DNA from: Bigelowiella natans CCMP2755
Lineage: Eukaryota; Protista; Cercozoa
Direction of reading: 5' to 3'
NCBI GenBank assembly: GCA_000320545.1
Contig: ADNK01001386.1
Span: 186,001-250,000 of the forward strand
DNA length: 64,000 nucleotides
In this document: positions 61,760-64,000 of the stretch, in pieces
Layout: each line of letters opens with the position of its first letter
How positions within the stretch are numbered: position 1 is the first letter of the stretch
Notes under the pieces: model-generated
Databases searched by the model: none
Told to the model about the DNA's origin: nothing
Seen by the model: only the letters and a program-made list of their open reading frames with translations
Position numbers and translations under genes: made by a program

Positions 61760-63743
61760 TTACTGCCCTCTCTTTTTGCGAGATTTGAACGCATGCACAT
61801 TTGTATCCGCCATCTCGCGCTCCATCTCTGATCGTATTCGTTTCCGCTTTCTCGCAGCTTCGTTCGCCTGCTGAGCTGCAACCCGCTGCCTCTCGCGTGC
61901 GATGAACACGCTGTCCCTCTGGAGCGCCCGCATTGCATGTTTCTTTTCCCTCTTGATTTTCTTCTGCAGTTTCTTCCGTTCAACTCGCTCCCGGTCGTTG
62001 TCCTTGTCCTTCCCTGGCTGAAAGTTGTCGGTGATCTCCGGGTTAAACTGTTGAATCTGCTTAGGCTTGATAACTTTCAAAATGAGAGGAAGTCGGGTCT
62101 CTAGGCATCGCTTCACCCCGGCCTGTATCTTATTCACCAATTTCATCACGAGATCTTGATCATCTTGGTTAATCGATATCTTAGATAGAATGGGGATGAG
62201 TGCCTGAAATAGTTCTGGAAAAGTCTCAAGATCACGATAGATGTCAACGACACTTGACAATGTCCGTAGTGTCACTCTGAGGGCCGCCAACGACGTTTCT
62301 TCTCGAGTGAATTCCTGATGATTATTCTGTAGGAATAATCGGTGCAGCCCAGAAAGAGTAGTGGAAGCTCCTTTCTTCTTCTTTTTCTCTCCGTTTGATG
62401 TCTTCTTCCTTATCTCCTTCCTATTCTTCTTGTTCTTATCGTTCTTCTTTTTCTTCTTGTTATCATCACTCAAGCCTTGCCACATGCCACGAACGGAAGA
62501 TTTCTCCTCAAAGACGCAAGGGAGTGTGGTACTGTTATCCTGACCAACGCCAACAAGAATGAGTTCCGTGATAAAGCCCGTGAGCTCTGGAATGTATCTC
62601 TTCGACTCTTGGATTGAAAATAGTAGAATGCGGCAAAGGAAGTTGGCAGCGAATACGTCTCTCCCCCCCCTGATCGGACAGGTGGTGAGGAAATGGGCTA
62701 TGAGGTGGATCATGGGTACAGTGACGTTATGCTTAAAGTCTGAAGTAGGGAAAAGCGTAGCTGCGAGCTGCATCATGAAGAGCTGCTCGGATGTTGGAAA
62801 TCCTGCTGCTGCTGATGATGATGACAGCGATAGCATCATCCCAGAGAAGTTTTCACGGAAAATGGTTGCGGATAACTTAGGGAGCTGGGCGCTGAGCTCA
62901 TGAAGTGCCTGTGGAAATACCTCTATATAGGATAGCCTTTTATCTATCAGCTTGGATACCATCAGCATCGAGGATGATGATGATGATGAAGAAGAAGAAG
63001 AAGAAGAAGAAGAGGGGATGGATGATGATGATGGTGATGAGGAGGAGGAAGAGGAGGAAGAGGCGGAGGAGGGGAGTTTGCATAATTCAGAGAAGTGTTT
63101 CATCAGTATTTTCACGAAGAGTTGCAGTTTGGGCTTGTTTTCCTTGGAGATAGTGACGCTATTGTACACACGGATCCGATGCACGATCTTTAGGAACTCT
63201 TCGGCAGATGTGCAGTGCTCTGAAAGTACTTTTTTGAAATCCTTATAGTTGCTTGGAGCATTGAATATGTATGGCAGCTCTTTTCGTGCTATACGGGCCG
63301 ACTCAATTGCTTCGCTGGAATGCCGATAAGCCCCTTCCTCGTCATCATCATCACTATCTCCACCTTTCCTATTTTTCTTGTTCTTCTTCTGGGATCGCAA
63401 GGCTTTTGACTTAACTTTTGACTTGGGGGCGGCTCCTACATCGAGGACACCAGCCGTCCCCTCCATATCATTTTCATCCTCTACAACGTAATTAACAACG
63501 AGATCGTCATCGGTGGGCTTCGAACCTGTTTCTTCACCTCCTCCTCCTCCATTGTAGTTTTCTGGATTCATTCTTCGGAGACGGTCAGCTTCAAGTTTCT
63601 CCAGCCTTTCCTTCTGTTCCTGAGCAAGCTCCTCAGGAGTCTTTAACCTCTCCGTTGCCCTTGCACGCATATCCATGGCCAGGCGCCGCGTCATAGCACG
63701 AAATTCGTCCACTTGAGGGTTTTCGGGCTCTGGTTCCGGTGTT
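61760..63743 (-). CDS. NOP14: Nucleolar protein 14 (Nop14/Utp2), last large exon; 5' exons lie upstream or beyond the window
   Basis: ATERLKTPEELAQEQKERLEKLEADRLRRM, ELPYIFNAP, LFPTSDFKHNVTVP, SKRYIPE, KPKQIQQFNPEI...DNDRERVERKKLQKKIKREKKHAMRALQRD. Acceptor tttag at 63744-63748; the first ~64 aa of the track ORF are intronic. Confidence 0.93.
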
Positions 63744-64000
63744 CTAAACATTGGCAGTGTCAGACGATGAGATGACAAACAAAGGATAACAATGAGCAAC
63801 GGAGAATGGAATGGAGGAGTGCATAAATACATCATCACCGTTAAATCAGCAACAAAGGAAGCATCACACAAGTGAGGATGTTTGATTAGAACTATTAAAA
63901 GATGATACTGGAAGATCAATAACGATACTAGCAATTACTTATTACGGATCATTGTGAGCTGATAAACTACTTATTTACTCCTAACACTTATATATTTATA

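Noticed and set aside
35829-63743. URB1 and NOP14 as a ribosome-biogenesis cluster
   Set aside because: Separated by two unrelated genes and act on different subunits; chance is adequate.

Overview
Intron-rich eukaryotic (protist-like) nuclear DNA with GT-AG introns and dense trinucleotide microsatellites. The style is reminiscent of chlorarachniophytes, but that is only an impression. About 13 protein-coding genes were assembled by eye: an NADPH oxidase, an intronless TPP1/sedolisin, a possible Dsn1/Mis13, CASC3/Barentsz, a C2-RhoGAP, a calycin-like protein, URB1/Npa1, a U-box protein, NOP14 and several unknowns. There is also one complete hAT DNA transposon (22044-25890) with TIRs and an 8-bp TSD. 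Two things stand out. (1) The NOX gene appears to encode one polypeptide SH3 - proline-rich - p22phox-like - gp91phox-like, joining parts that are separate proteins in animals. (2) The hAT element has lost nearly all TpA dinucleotides through TA->TG/CA changes (1 Tyr in 662 aa; conserved Tyr read as His), with TAG/CTAG spared. This suggests a repeat-targeted A-to-G hypermutation process, the opposite of fungal RIP, that also seems to touch flanks and 3' intergenic DNA. Exon boundaries and counts are manual, and no database searches were run.
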